From: Octopus vulgaris
Lineage: Eukaryota
Length of the DNA: 64,000 nt
NCBI GenBank assembly: GCA_951406725.2
Contig: OX597829.1
Span: forward strand, 15,872,001-15,936,000
Reading direction: 5' to 3'
Part shown: in pieces, positions 41,841 through 54,330 of the stretch
Layout of the letters: each line of letters opens with the position of its first letter
Numbering within the stretch: position 1 is the stretch's first letter
Notes under the pieces: generated by a model
Seen by the model: the letters and a program-made list of their open reading frames with translations, nothing else
Told to the model about the DNA's origin: nothing
Databases searched by the model: none
Made by a program: the position numbers and the translations under genes

Positions 41841-42040
41841 TAAAAGAATTTGAATAACACCTGCGTTTAACTCCATTTATTTATTTAACTATATTATGCA
41901 AAACATTTCAACAAAACCTGGAGTTTCTAGCCTTATAAGTAGGTTGTTACATCCTTGGTACTTGTGTGAATTTTTGCTACCCTGGTAACTGTTTATTTTT
42001 TCCGTGTTATTTGTAAACACTGGAAAAAACACATATACAT

Positions 42041-42097
<57 letters not shown>

Positions 42098-42102
<5 letters not shown>

Positions 42103-42473
42103 TATATAGAGGGTACTATTATTCATAGGTTCCGCACGCTAGGAGGGACTTTTGCAGTCAAAACTACTATCTATTTTTATAGATATGTAAAGATAAACAT
42201 TCGTACATGCTGCGGCGAATTCTACGGTTGGTTGTCGGGTATGTGATGTTGTGTTTTTTCTTATATGTCTTGAGTTCGTTGCACTGAAGAGCATAGAATG
42301 CATATTCTGCATTGATTGCGAAATCACAGGTGATATGTAACTAAATTCTGTTTTTAAATGACTCGCTTTGAAGCTTTGCATTCGGTACAATTTGTTTATT
42401 TTAATAGTTTTGACTGCAAAAGTCCCTCCTAGCGTGCGGTACCTATGAATAATAGTACCCTCTATATAATATA
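42098..42473 (+). mobile_element. Non-coding element with 69-bp inverted termini enclosing a hammerhead
   Basis: 42098-42166 and 42405-42473 are reverse complements with one mismatch; adjacent to (TA)n. Confidence 0.85.
42278..42341 (+). ncRNA. Type I hammerhead ribozyme with intact core
   Basis: Stem I GTTGCA/TGTAAC; core CTGAAGA (42284-42290); stem II GCA/TGC; GAAA (42320-42323); stem III TCAC-AG-GTGA; AUA triplet with predicted cleavage after 42335. Confidence 0.85.
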
Positions 42474-42581
42474 AATAAATATTTTCAAAGTTGAAAAAAT
42501 TTACAGATTTTTTCTCTTACGAGGTTTCTCATGCTAACTACTGATAATTTCTTATAAAGATTTTATCCTTATTTTTAAATT

Positions 42582-42628
<47 letters not shown>

Positions 42629-42752
42629 GGTGGGGGAGAGATTCTACCAGTTGTATATTGGAGAGATGTTATCCCTTAGTTGGTTGGATTCACAAACTCT
42701 AATTTTCGTGGAAAATATATATACATTCATACATACATAAATACGTACTCAC

Positions 42753-42902
<150 letters not shown>

Positions 42903-42940
42903 GGAGAGAGAGAGACAAACAGACAGACAGATAAATATAT

Positions 42941-44240
42941 ATTGTTCTTTATTAGCCACACAGGGCTGCACACAGACGGGACATATTTCAAAGTAGAGCT
43001 TTTCTTTATGTGGAGAAAAAAAAGGTGGGGTAGGTTTTCGATCAAAAGGAATCGTAAAAGGGAAAGAAAAAAAGAAAAAAGGAAAGAAAAGAAGAAAAAA
43101 AGAAAAAGAAAAAAGAAAAAAACAATCAATAGGGATCGTGTATCACAGAAATGTCATGATGTAAACTGTAAAGGGGGAAGCAAATAGGGTTTATCCGTGG
43201 AAAGAAAAGCCTACGGAAAAGACCATGGTAACCTCGGTCAATAATGTCACATGTTAACACATTTATTTGCAAGTAAGTAATTCTCTGTTTTAAATTTTTC
43301 CAGGTTCATAGGACTATGCTCAAGGTGGCTTTGTCATTCATACGTGCCATCCTTGCTACATTCAATCATCTTTTTTTTAAACATTCGCTAGACAAAACTT
43401 GCCTCTCTACTCTCACTTTCCTTTTCAAGTGATACTTGAAGAAGTTGATGAGAGATTGACCAGAGAGGAAAGTGTTTGTCTCCATTCCTTTCAGACACGT
43501 CCACCAGATACATTCTTTCGCCATAGCCACAAGAATGATAAAAATAGCTCTTCCTGCCCGTTTGAGGGAAGGAGGTGTGACAATATTGATAAACCGACTC
43601 GTCCCACACGTGACAGCAGTCGTTCGACATAAGGTCGGAAATTGTTGGACACTGCATGAGTGCGTGCAGAACGGTTTCGTCGCTCTGACTACATCTCGGG
43701 CAGGTCGGCCCCGTGTTTCTCGAGCTATGTCTGTAGAGTTCATCCCGAACGGGTAGCGCTTCACGGTAGCACTGCCAGGCCAGGGATCTCTGGAAGTTGT
43801 CCATGGACCCTGACCCGAAAGTCGTTTCAAACAGGCGGGTCAGGTATTCCTCATCGACGAACAGGTTCGCCCCGAGCTCGTGTCGTACCTCCCCTCCACT
43901 TATCCCCTATAGAATGGTTTGGTTGTGCTGAAGTCACGCAAGGTCGACCCGGGACGGCATAGTTGCTTGAGAACAACGCGACACTCGCGGTGCCATTCGC
44001 CCTTCCTCGGCCTCTTTTTGATCTACGACTGCAGTTTGGTCATGGAGACGAGCTGCGGGAAAGCGTGCCTCACAAACGGCGACCAGACCTGTTCACCGTC
44101 GTCTACGTAGAGCCGGAGATGTCGCAGTCTCAGCGCGTGTCTGCGCATCATCAACCACGGCATGCCCAGTCCTCCTTTTAACGGGAGTTGACAGCAAATG
44201 GATCGCCTGAGCATCGGGACGCATCCTTTCCACAAGAAAC

Positions 44241-44241
<1 letters not shown>
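42941..44241 (-). mobile_element. 5'-truncated Tx1-clade LINE, copy 2 (ORF2 C-terminus plus 3' UTR)
   Basis: ORFs 44023-44235 ([31 protein letters not shown]) and 43388-43804 (CPRCSQSDETVLHALMQC) are homologous to copy 1; the truncation junction abuts (GATA)n at 44241. Confidence 0.93.
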
Positions 44242-44334
<93 letters not shown>

Positions 44335-44345
44335 TAGATAGATAT

Positions 44346-44410
<65 letters not shown>

Positions 44411-44430
44411 TAGATAGATAGATATATATG

Positions 44431-44517
<87 letters not shown>

Positions 44518-44797
44518 CTTTTTATTGTAGCCACACAGGGCTAAACACAGAATAAAAATGGACGAAATACAATGTAGAATTTTTTCTTTTTGAGGTGGGA
44601 TGGGTGGGGCACAAAAAAAAACGTTTGATCAATAGGGATCTGTGGGTTGTGTGGTGTGTAAAAAAGCAATATATATATATAAAGTTCACAGTTTAGGTGT
44701 AGCCTTGGAAAGAAAAACCTACAAAAAAGACCAAGGTCACCTCAGACAGAAAATGAACACATGAGTAAGTCGCCTTACTTCTCGTTGTCCCTTTTGG

Positions 44798-47700
44798 TTA
44801 CAGATTTATGCTTAAAATAGTGTCGTCTTTCATACTGACCATTTTTGCCACTTTTACCCACTTTTTATTAAAACATTCGTTCGACAAAGCCTCCTCTCTA
44901 TTCTCATCCTCCTTTTCAAGTGGTACTTGAAAAAGTTGACGAGAGACTGACCAGAGAGGAAGGTGTTTCTTTGCAGTCCTTTCAAACGCGTCCACCACAC
45001 ACATTCTTTCGCCATAGCCATCAGCGTAACGAAAACCGTTTTTCCTTCCCGTTTAAAGGAAGGTGGTGGAACAATATCCACGATAGACTCGGCCGATATG
45101 CAGGCCCGACCTACACGTGACAACAGCTGTTCGACGAAGGTCCACAGCTCTAAAATATCTGGACACTGTACGAGTGCGTGCAGAACGGTTTCGTCGCTCT
45201 GACCGCATCTCCGGCAGGTCGGTACGGTGATGGTTTTCGAACCGTGCCTGTAGCTCTTCTCTCGAACAGGTAGTGCGTCTCGATAGCACTGCCAAGCCAG
45301 GGATTTCTGGAAGTTATCCATAGGCCCCGGCCCGAACGTCGTCCTGAACAGGCGGGTTAGGAATTTCTCGTCGACGCCCAGGTTTGCCCCGAGTGTGTCG
45401 TCGGACCTCCCCTCCACTAGTCCTCTATAGAACGCTTTAGTCATTTGGAAGTTGCACAAGTTTGACCCCGGTCGGCAGAGCTGCTGTAGAGCTTGGCGAC
45501 ACTCTCGGTGCCAATCGCCCAGTTTCGGTCTCTTCTTGATCCACGTTTGCAGTTCGGTCAGTGAGACGAGCTGCGGGAAGGCGCGCCTCACAAACGGCGC
45601 CCACACCTGTTCACCGTCGTCGATGAAGTTCCAGAGATGCCGCAGTCTCAGCGCATGCTTGCGCATCATCAACCACGGCATGCCCAGTCCTCCATTCAAC
45701 GGATGTTGACAGCAAATTGACTTCCTCACCATCGGAACGCCACCCTTCCACAGGAAGCGGAAGAGTATGCGTTCCAGTTTGGTGATGGTGGCGTCGGGAC
45801 AAGGTACGACGGTCAGGCAGTAATCGATGACGGATGCGATGTACGTGTTCGCCACCTCCGCCCGACCTTTTAGAGATAGCTTTCTCTCGGCCCATGTTTG
45901 ACTGAGAGCAACCACTCTACTCATGATCTCGTCCCAGATCTTATCCATTTGGAGGTCCGGACTGAACCAGACCCCGAGCAATTTAACCGGTCCGTCCGTC
46001 CAGCGTCCCACTACTGAGCCGCAGTCGGACGGCATGGGCTTGCTTCTCCAGGTTCCGAGTAGCAAACCCACTGACTTTTCCGGGTTAATCTTCGCTCCCG
46101 TCACCGTTTCGTATTTTCTTAGTGTCTCGCCTATCATCTGGATGTGTTTGTCGCTCGACACTATGACGGTGACATCGTCGCCAGCTTCCGTAGTAGCGGC
46201 TCGAGAGTCAATACATACAGAAGCGCCGACAGGGGACACCTCTGACGGACCGAACGCGTGATGTCAAACGGTTTCGACAGGTGACCGTTCACCCGAATCA
46301 CCGATCGGATGCCGCTATACAAGGCAGCGATCCAACCGCGGAAGACGGGACCGAAGCCAGCCGCCCTGAGGACGGCCGCCAAGTACCGATGGTCGACCCT
46401 ATCGAAGGCTTTAGACTGATCCAAATTTATCAGCTCCCCACCCATGCCAGGATCCTTAACTACCCTGTCCACAATGTAGCGCATCAGATGTAGCGCATGT
46501 TTGCGCCCTGTCGACCAGTTTACCAATGACAAGCGCCAACCTCTCGGCTATTACTTTGGCCAAAATTTTCAAATCTGCGTTTAGCAGAGTGATGGGCCTG
46601 AAATTATCTATAAAATTCCCCTTGTTTGGGTCTTTCTTCAGCAGCGTCACTGCACCTCGGCTCACGAAACCGGGGATTCTCCCGTTTTGTTGCCAGTTGC
46701 AGTAGACTGATGCCAAGAGGTCGCCAAACAAGTCTGGCATTTGACAATACAGCTCGTAGGGTAAACCATCCAATCCAGGCGACCTATCCCTCGCACAGCC
46801 CGCCATCGCATCCCGCATGTTAGCGGCTGTAATGGGACTTTCACAACACTCCGCTTCTCTTGCCGAGAGCCGCGGCAGGTCGGTCAGGTAGGCACTGAAA
46901 TCCATCCCGCGTTCCGACCCACCACTCGCACCAAACAGTCGAGCAAAGTGCTGTTGAAAGGCCTCACACATCCCTTCGGGTTCGAGTAAACTGCATCCCT
47001 GTTGATCTATTAGAGACCGAATGGTGGCTCTGTTGCCACGCTGCCTCTCTGCTACCCGGGCCTCTCGCGCAGCTTCGATCCCTTCGTTCCTTAAGGCACG
47101 CATTTTAGCTCTGACGTCGCAACCTTCGTGCTTGGCGTTGAGGTGTTGGTCGAGGGCCATCCTCGCAGCCAGCACGTTGGTTGCGCTGCCAGTGGTAAGT
47201 ACCTCTTCTAGTTTCTTAACCAGGTCTCCCTCTACTCTATTTTGATCTATCGCTAATTCCTTGCTAAACCTAATTGATTCCGATTTTATTGCCATTTTCA
47301 GGGCGTACCACCAGCGGTTGTTAACGACGGCTCCCGTCAGCGCCCTCTTAATTAACTCGCTAATCCGGTTCCTGTAAACCTGTCGCGCTAAGAGCGACGT
47401 GCTCAGTTTCCAGTAACCGGGACCCTGTCTATGTGTCTTATCTAAGTCGAGCGTACACGTAACAAATTTGTGATCTGTGTAGCTGACTATTTTAAATTGT
47501 GGACATCCTACACTATCCCTATCCGCTGTCCTGCATAGTATTCTATCTAGATAAGATCTCGACGATCCGACGCGGTTTGTCCAAGTCCACGTTGGCACGT
47601 TCGGATGGTCGAATCGGAACCTGTCAGACAAATGGAAACGTCTGAGTAGGTATTTGAGGAACTTGCACCCCCTTCTATTCCTATCCATTCCCACATAATC

Positions 47701-48150
47701 TAGATGCGTGTCCAAGGTAGCGTTCCAATCCCCTACTAACAGTAAAGGTCTAGACGTACCCAGGAAAACCTCTAGACGTCTGAAGAAATCCGCCCGACCC
47801 GTTAAGGACGGTGCATAAACTGCCATCAGACGGAATGCACACCCATTTCTGCCATCCACGTCCAAGACAACCAGCCTACCCTCCGGGTCTAGGAATATAG
47901 TTGTTACTTTTACATTTAGACTCTTTCGAAAAAGCACCGCGGTACCTCCACCACCCATGTTCGGCAGACAGGGAGAAAAATAAATGTCGAATTGATCGCC
48001 AAACATGGACGCGAGGGCCCGCGGCTTGCTGGGTCTGGTTTCACTGCTAGCTACTATATCCACGTTCAGTGACTTAATGTCATTTAGAAGGTAACCTTGC
48101 CTCCAAGCCGACGCCAAGCCACGCGCATTCACACAACCTAATTTAAGCAT
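44798..48150 (-). pseudogene. Tx1 ORF2 of copy 3, disrupted by deletions and frameshifts
   Basis: ORF pieces 46456-48150 (APE and RT N-terminus), 46161-46532 (LDQSKAFDRV) and 44854-46239 (zf-RVT). The segment leading into YADD is deleted near 46178. Confidence 0.93.
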
Positions 48151-48224
48151 AATTGACGTTTACGAAAATTGTGTTTCACACACTACATTGGAAGAGACAA
48201 GAGGCAAGAGGGCAGGTCACTTAC

Positions 48225-49987
48225 TCATTTCGAAAGTTTCATTTTTTTCTTCTTCCTTTGTAGTGTCTTTGATGAGGCGTTTGTATAGTTTTTGGAGAGG
48301 TATCGTTGAAACCCGCCTACCGCATTTGGAAATATTGTTTTCAGTGTATGGTGTTGTGTTTGTGTAATATGTACAATTCTTATGTGTTTCGGTGGTGTGG
48401 TGCGCGGATGAGTGTTTGTCTTAAAGTCATCTTCACAGATGTCCGTGTTGGATGCAATGTAATCCATGAATTTTTTATTGTCTGTGTTTATTGCAGTTAG
48501 TTGTGTGTGTGGTTTTGCGGGTTCATTGATTTTTGATTGTCTAGGGGGATGCTGTCCGGAGTTAAATATCTCCCTGCTTTACTTCCTTGTTTGGTGGGCT
48601 TTTTTTATCTTTTCCTTTTACCCCCTGTGGCTATTTGCCATTCCGTCGAACTTTCGTCGTCCGACGAATCAGAAGGTGTAAAGGCAAAGTATTTGCGTTA
48701 ATATGTATGCTTGTAGAAATTGTTGATGTTTTGTGCGGTGTTTGTGTTGTTGTGGTGTTAGGGGTAGAATTTGTCTTCTCGTCACTGATTTCTGTCTTTT
48801 TAATTGTCGTCCTCGGTGTTGGTGTTGGTCTATCTTTTGGTTCAGTATGTTGAATTGGTTGCGACGTCAACGGTGATTGTGTTGGTATTGTTTCTTTTCT
48901 TGGTGATGTTGTTGGGGTTTGTTTGCTGGTTTGTTGTTTTTCTTGGCATTATTCCATAATTGAGTGTGTTGGTGTTGGTGTTGGTGTTGGCAACAAGGGT
49001 TTTTTATTTGTTTTCTGATTTGTTCTTTCTTGTTTTTTTTGTGCCAGAGCGCACTTGGCAATTAAATGTTCTGGGCTGCCACAGTTGTAGCACCTAGGCT
49101 TTTTGCCTTCTGCTACAACATATAGGCTTTGCCCATTTTCTAAATGGATCCTATCGGGTAGGTTCTCGATAGAGGCCCCCTCAATCTGGATGGTCACTAC
49201 TATTGTTTTACCACCCCAATTGTCGTTTTTGTACACGGCGGTTTCTAATATATTTATCTTTTTCAAATGGTAACAGATTGCCTCTGTTATCCATTTGTTA
49301 GGTATCTCGGGAGGTAAATTTTTAATGCTAATTCTACTCACTCTCTGGTCTTTGTAATATGGTACTATGATGATTTCATCATTTTGCAAAAACTCCGTAG
49401 AGTGAGCTTTTGCCACTTCCTGGTTAGGGAAGCGGACCACCACTGTATTAAACTGGGGACCCCAGTTTATATATTCTTTTTTTTTCATTATGCATTTTAA
49501 ACACTTTTCTATGTCCGTTTTTGTAATCTATTTTGTTTTTTGTTTTTTCTCATAATTTTATATATAATTGTCTTATTTTCTATTTGTTCCTTTATGTGTT
49601 GAGGTGTATGCAGCACTAAATCTTGCCCTTGGGTTGTAAAGAGTGCTCTCGTTTCTATTAACTCTCATTCGTAAATTTTACTATTTCTTTTTTCTGACGC
49701 AGAGTGTCAGCGAAATTTACTGGTGTTGTTGATTCTTTTATATTAAGATCTTCACTATTAGATAGTAAGATATTTATTTCATTTTTATTGTTGTTCTTCT
49801 TGTTGTTGTTGTTTTTGTTAATAGTATTCGCGTGAGTTTCATTTTTATCATTTATGTTGGTCGTGGTAGTGGTGGAGGTGGTGGTGGTAGTAGTAGTAGT
49901 CTCGTTGTTGTTGTTGTTGTTAGTGGTGGTGGTGGTGGTGGTGGTGGTGGCGACAGAGCTGTTACCGCAAGTGGTTGCAGCGTTCAC
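48225..49987 (-). pseudogene. Tx1 ORF1 of copy 3, fragmented
   Basis: Begins NAATTCGNSS (GTG in place of the ATG of copy 1); knuckle KPRCYNCGSPEHLIAKC; C-terminal HPRTTPPKHIRIVHITQ matches HPRTTPPQHIKIIHVTQ of copy 1. Confidence 0.85.
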
Positions 49988-50317
49988 TGCTACGTCATTC
50001 AGGTTTGCACTTTGCGTGCATAAGTTCTTTTTTCTCCTAGCGTTTCCAGACTAGGAAAATGCTGGTCCATAAAGGAACGCGACCAGCGTTCTACAATAAC
50101 ATTTCTCGACATTTTTTAATGTCGAGAAGAAAAATATACAAATTAAATAGAGTTGAAACTGCCCCTAGGGGGCGAATTCTTCCCTTGGGAAAGCACTCAA
50201 ACGAAAGTTGGGTGCCTTACACACCTTATTTACAAAAATGTACACAAAATATGGGCTATAAATAGTCAAAATGAACGATTACCTTCGGAGCCGAGGTGAC
50301 AACACGTCCGTCGATAA

Positions 50318-50428
<111 letters not shown>

Positions 50429-50632
50429 TATAGATAGATAGATAGATAAGTAGGTAGATAGATTGCACTCCTGCGAGCGTGGCTATCAGTATGTGTAGGA
50501 AAGAGCATTTCCTCAATAGAAATATTAGTATCACTCTAACTGAAAATCCGGAAGGTCATATCCCGTAGCGATGTATAAATAACTAGTGAGGAATACAATT
50601 GCTATATACATGATTACATACATATGTATATA

Positions 50633-50667
<35 letters not shown>

Positions 50668-50734
50668 GTGTGTGTGTGTGTGTGTGTATCTACATAAACA
50701 TTTAAACATTTATATATACATATATACATACACA

Positions 50735-50913
<179 letters not shown>

Positions 50914-51817
50914 TAGATATATATTGATATATGCATATATATATATGTGTATGTATGTATGTATGTATGTATGTATGTATGTATGTATATACGCATGAAT
51001 ATATGCATGCTTACTTATATGTGTGCGTATATGCATGCATACTCTCCTACCTACCTACCTACATACATACATACATACATACATACATACATACATACAT
51101 ACATACATACATTCTTATACGCATACATATGTACATGTGTGTATAAATGCTTATTTGTGCTGGCATATATGTGTTCCAGTGTGTATGTGTATATGTATGT
51201 ATGTATGTATACATGTATGTCTGCATGTGTGTTTATGTCTGTGTCTATGACTGCATGTGTGTGTATGCCTGTGTGTATCGCTGCATGTGTGCGTATGTCT
51301 GTGTGTATGTCTGCATGTGCGCGTATGTCTATGTGTATGTCTGCATGTGTGTGTATGTCTGTGTGTATGTCTGCATATGTCTGTGTGCATGTACGTGTGT
51401 GGGTGTATGCATGTATATGGGTAGTTGCAAATACGTGTAAACACCAAGGACGTTAGAGTTAGACCCAAATGAACTCAACATATGGTTAACGGTCGGCTAC
51501 ATTTGCAATTATTTCACTGACCTTTTGACCTTTCTACCAACCCAATTATGCAGTATCTCAGTCTGCTTCTCTAAAACCGTTTCCTTTAATTTGGCACAAT
51601 TTTAACTGTATCTTGTATTCATCGAATTGTGTATAGAAACTCTTTTATATAATCCTATAATGGTTTCTTTCTAACAATTCATTCAGTTACTTTTTTTTTT
51701 TTTTTGATAACGAAGGGGAAAAAAACAGTTCTCAACACATGATCGGTCTTATATTTTATGATCCTTAAATCGAACAATTAAACCATTAACTACTTGCACG
51801 TTTTAAAAATGTGTATA

Positions 51818-51866
<49 letters not shown>

Positions 51867-51952
51867 CTGTGTATGTGTGTGTATATAAATATAGGCAGTA
51901 GCAGAAACTAAAAAAAAGACAAGACTAGCTATCTATATAGATAGATATGAAA

Positions 51953-52001
<49 letters not shown>

Positions 52002-52041
52002 GCACACCTGTATTTATTTATTTGTTTATTTGTTTGTTTGT

Positions 52042-52080
<39 letters not shown>

Positions 52081-52605
52081 TTAGTACCTCAGCCAATTAG
52101 TAGAATGTCTCGACTCTGAAGTATTGTTAAGAAACCAACTATAGAATCTAACTCGCTCTACTCAAAACGTCTGCTGAGAATGGAGTTGTTGTAATTGTTG
52201 CTGCTGTTGTTGTTGTTGTTGTTGTTTTTGTCATTGTTCTTATTGTTGTTGGTGTCTTTGTAGATGCTTTGTTGTTGTCTTTTGGGTTTTTTTTTAGTTT
52301 TGGTTGTTTTTGTTGGTGCTATTACTGCTGCTATTGTTGTTTGCTGTTGTCGTTGTTGTTGTTGCTTGCTGTTGCTGGTGGTGGTGGTTGTGGTGGTAGT
52401 GGTAGTGGTGGTGATAGTGGTGGTGGTGGTGGTGGTGGTGGTGGTGGTGATGGTGGTGGTGGTGGTGGTGGTTGTGGTGGTGGTGTCGTCGTTTTCGTTG
52501 TCGCTGTCATCACTGACAACGTTGTTATTGTTGTTGCTGAACAAAAAAAGTCATTTGTAAGGCAAATCATGTACCAAAACAATTATTTAAAATTCAACGT
52601 TAAGG

Positions 52606-52663
<58 letters not shown>

Positions 52664-53402
52664 GCATTCTCTCCCTCATACATACAGATACACGTACTCT
52701 CTCTTTCTCTCTCTCTCTTGCATTCTCTCTCTCACACACATTCAGACACACGTATACTCTCTCTCTCTCTCTCTCTCACACACACATACACACACACTTT
52801 CTCATTTCCTAGATATAAAGATTCTTCGATGTTCTTTTTGGCCATATCAACCAAACTCTCTGATTCCCAATCAGATTGTGTTCTTTATATTTCGTCGTTC
52901 TGATTAATTCAACACAGGCTGTTTTCGTGTCCATTTCTTTACTTAGAATAATTCTATATTCGGTTAAGTGTAATTCGTAAATAAATAGCCAAAATATATT
53001 GAATGCTACCAGAAAATTCCAAGATGCTTTGAACGGCAAATTGGTTGGGCAGTAGAAGAATAAAGTGAATAGATTAGAAGCTGCCAATCTCGATCCTTGA
53101 TACGGGTATTGATATTAGCCCACAGCCAAAATACTTAACTTCCCTCAGTTCAGTCCATTTAATTTTGTATCACAGAGTGAAATAATACGTTCTGTTATGT
53201 GTATGGTAAAGATTCCGAGCTGTGGATAACCCTGCGCTTCTAGCTGTAAATAGATAACCCGGTTAGATACAGTTCACTGTAGACAATTACTTATCAACAG
53301 CGTAAACGACTTAGGTGTATAATTGTGCCAGAAAGGGGTACAGTTCACTGCATGGTAGTACCCATGATCAGACAACTAATAGTTAATGGCTCACTTTCTA
53401 GT

Positions 53403-53857
53403 GAAGGCACATGGATGTGGTTAGAGCGCCGGGCTCACAATCATGAGGTAGTGAGTTCGATCCCAGGACCGGGCTGTGTACTGTGTTCTTATGCACGACA
53501 CTCTATTTCACGTTGCTCCAGTTCAGTCAGTTGTAGAGATGAGTTGTGACATCACAGGTGCCAAGCTGTATCGGCCCCTTTGCGTTTCCCTTGGATAACA
53601 CTGGTGGTATGGAGAGGGGAGGCTGGTATGCATGGGCGACTGCTGGTCTTCCATAAAACAACCTTGCCCAGACTTGTGCCTCGGAGGTGCAATCTTGTGG
53701 TCATTCATGACCGAAGAGGGTCTTTACCCTTTACCCTATGTACATATAATGGCATGGAGAGGGGAGGCTTGTCTTCCTTAAACAACCTTGCCCGGATTTG
53801 AGCCTCGGAGGGTAACTTCCTAAGTGCAATCCTATGGTCATTCATGACCGAAGGCTG
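53403..53857 (+). mobile_element. tRNA-derived SINE family D with duplicated 3' end
   Basis: A-box TGGTTAGAGCG, B-box GTTCGATCCC, CORE-like segment, tail GGTCATTCATGACCGAAG...TTTACCCTTTACC; second copy at 53990-54330. Confidence 0.8.
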
Positions 53858-53989
53858 AATCTTTTTCCAATTCGCATTGTTCTCTGTTCTATCCCGCTTC
53901 ACACCATATTTTAGCTACCATGGTATCACGTGGTATCTTGGGTCGATCGTAATCCTTCTTCATCAGTGGAATATAAAGAGACAATGCCG

Positions 53990-54330
53990 AAGTCCGTGTG
54001 GCTTAGTGGTAAGGGTATACACCTCACGATCGTGAGGTCATAAGTTCGACTCCGTTGTGTCCTTGAGCAAAACACTTTATTTCACGTTGCTCCAGTTCAA
54101 TCAGTTGTAGAGATGAGTTGCGACATCACTGGTGCCAAGCTGTATCGGCCCCTTTGCCTTTCCCTTGGATAACTTCCTTGGTGTGGAGAGGGAAGGCTGG
54201 TATGTATGGGTGACTGTTGGTCTTCCATAAAACAACCTTGCCCAGACTTGTGCCTCGGAGGGGAACTTTCTAGGTGTAATCCCATATGTCATTCGCCCAT
54301 ATGACCAAAAATCGTCTTGACTCTTTACGC
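53990..54330 (+). mobile_element. Family D SINE
   Basis: Collinear with 53403-53735. Confidence 0.8.

Larger units (their letters stand above)
41056..41886. repeat. About 830-bp imperfect fold-back palindrome carrying two hammerheads
   Basis: Left arm about 41056-41479 is the reverse complement of about 41506-41886 with scattered mismatches and one gap. Confidence 0.9.
44517..50312 (-). mobile_element. Near full-length Tx1-clade LINE, copy 3
   Basis: Same architecture as copy 1; 5' end nearly identical to copy 1; bordered by (GATA)n at 44241-44516 and 50313-50463. Confidence 0.95.

Noticed and set aside
51165-51400. Regular 24-bp units (GTGTGTATGTCTGCATGTGT...) resembling a CRISPR or coding repeat
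   Set aside because: Minisatellite derived from TG/TATG repeats; no unique spacers, no cas genes, eukaryotic context.
52158-52907. Poly-Thr/Gln/Pro/Gly ORFs resembling a low-complexity transcription factor
   Set aside because: Open in several frames on both strands because of GGT/GTT repeats; no recognisable domain.
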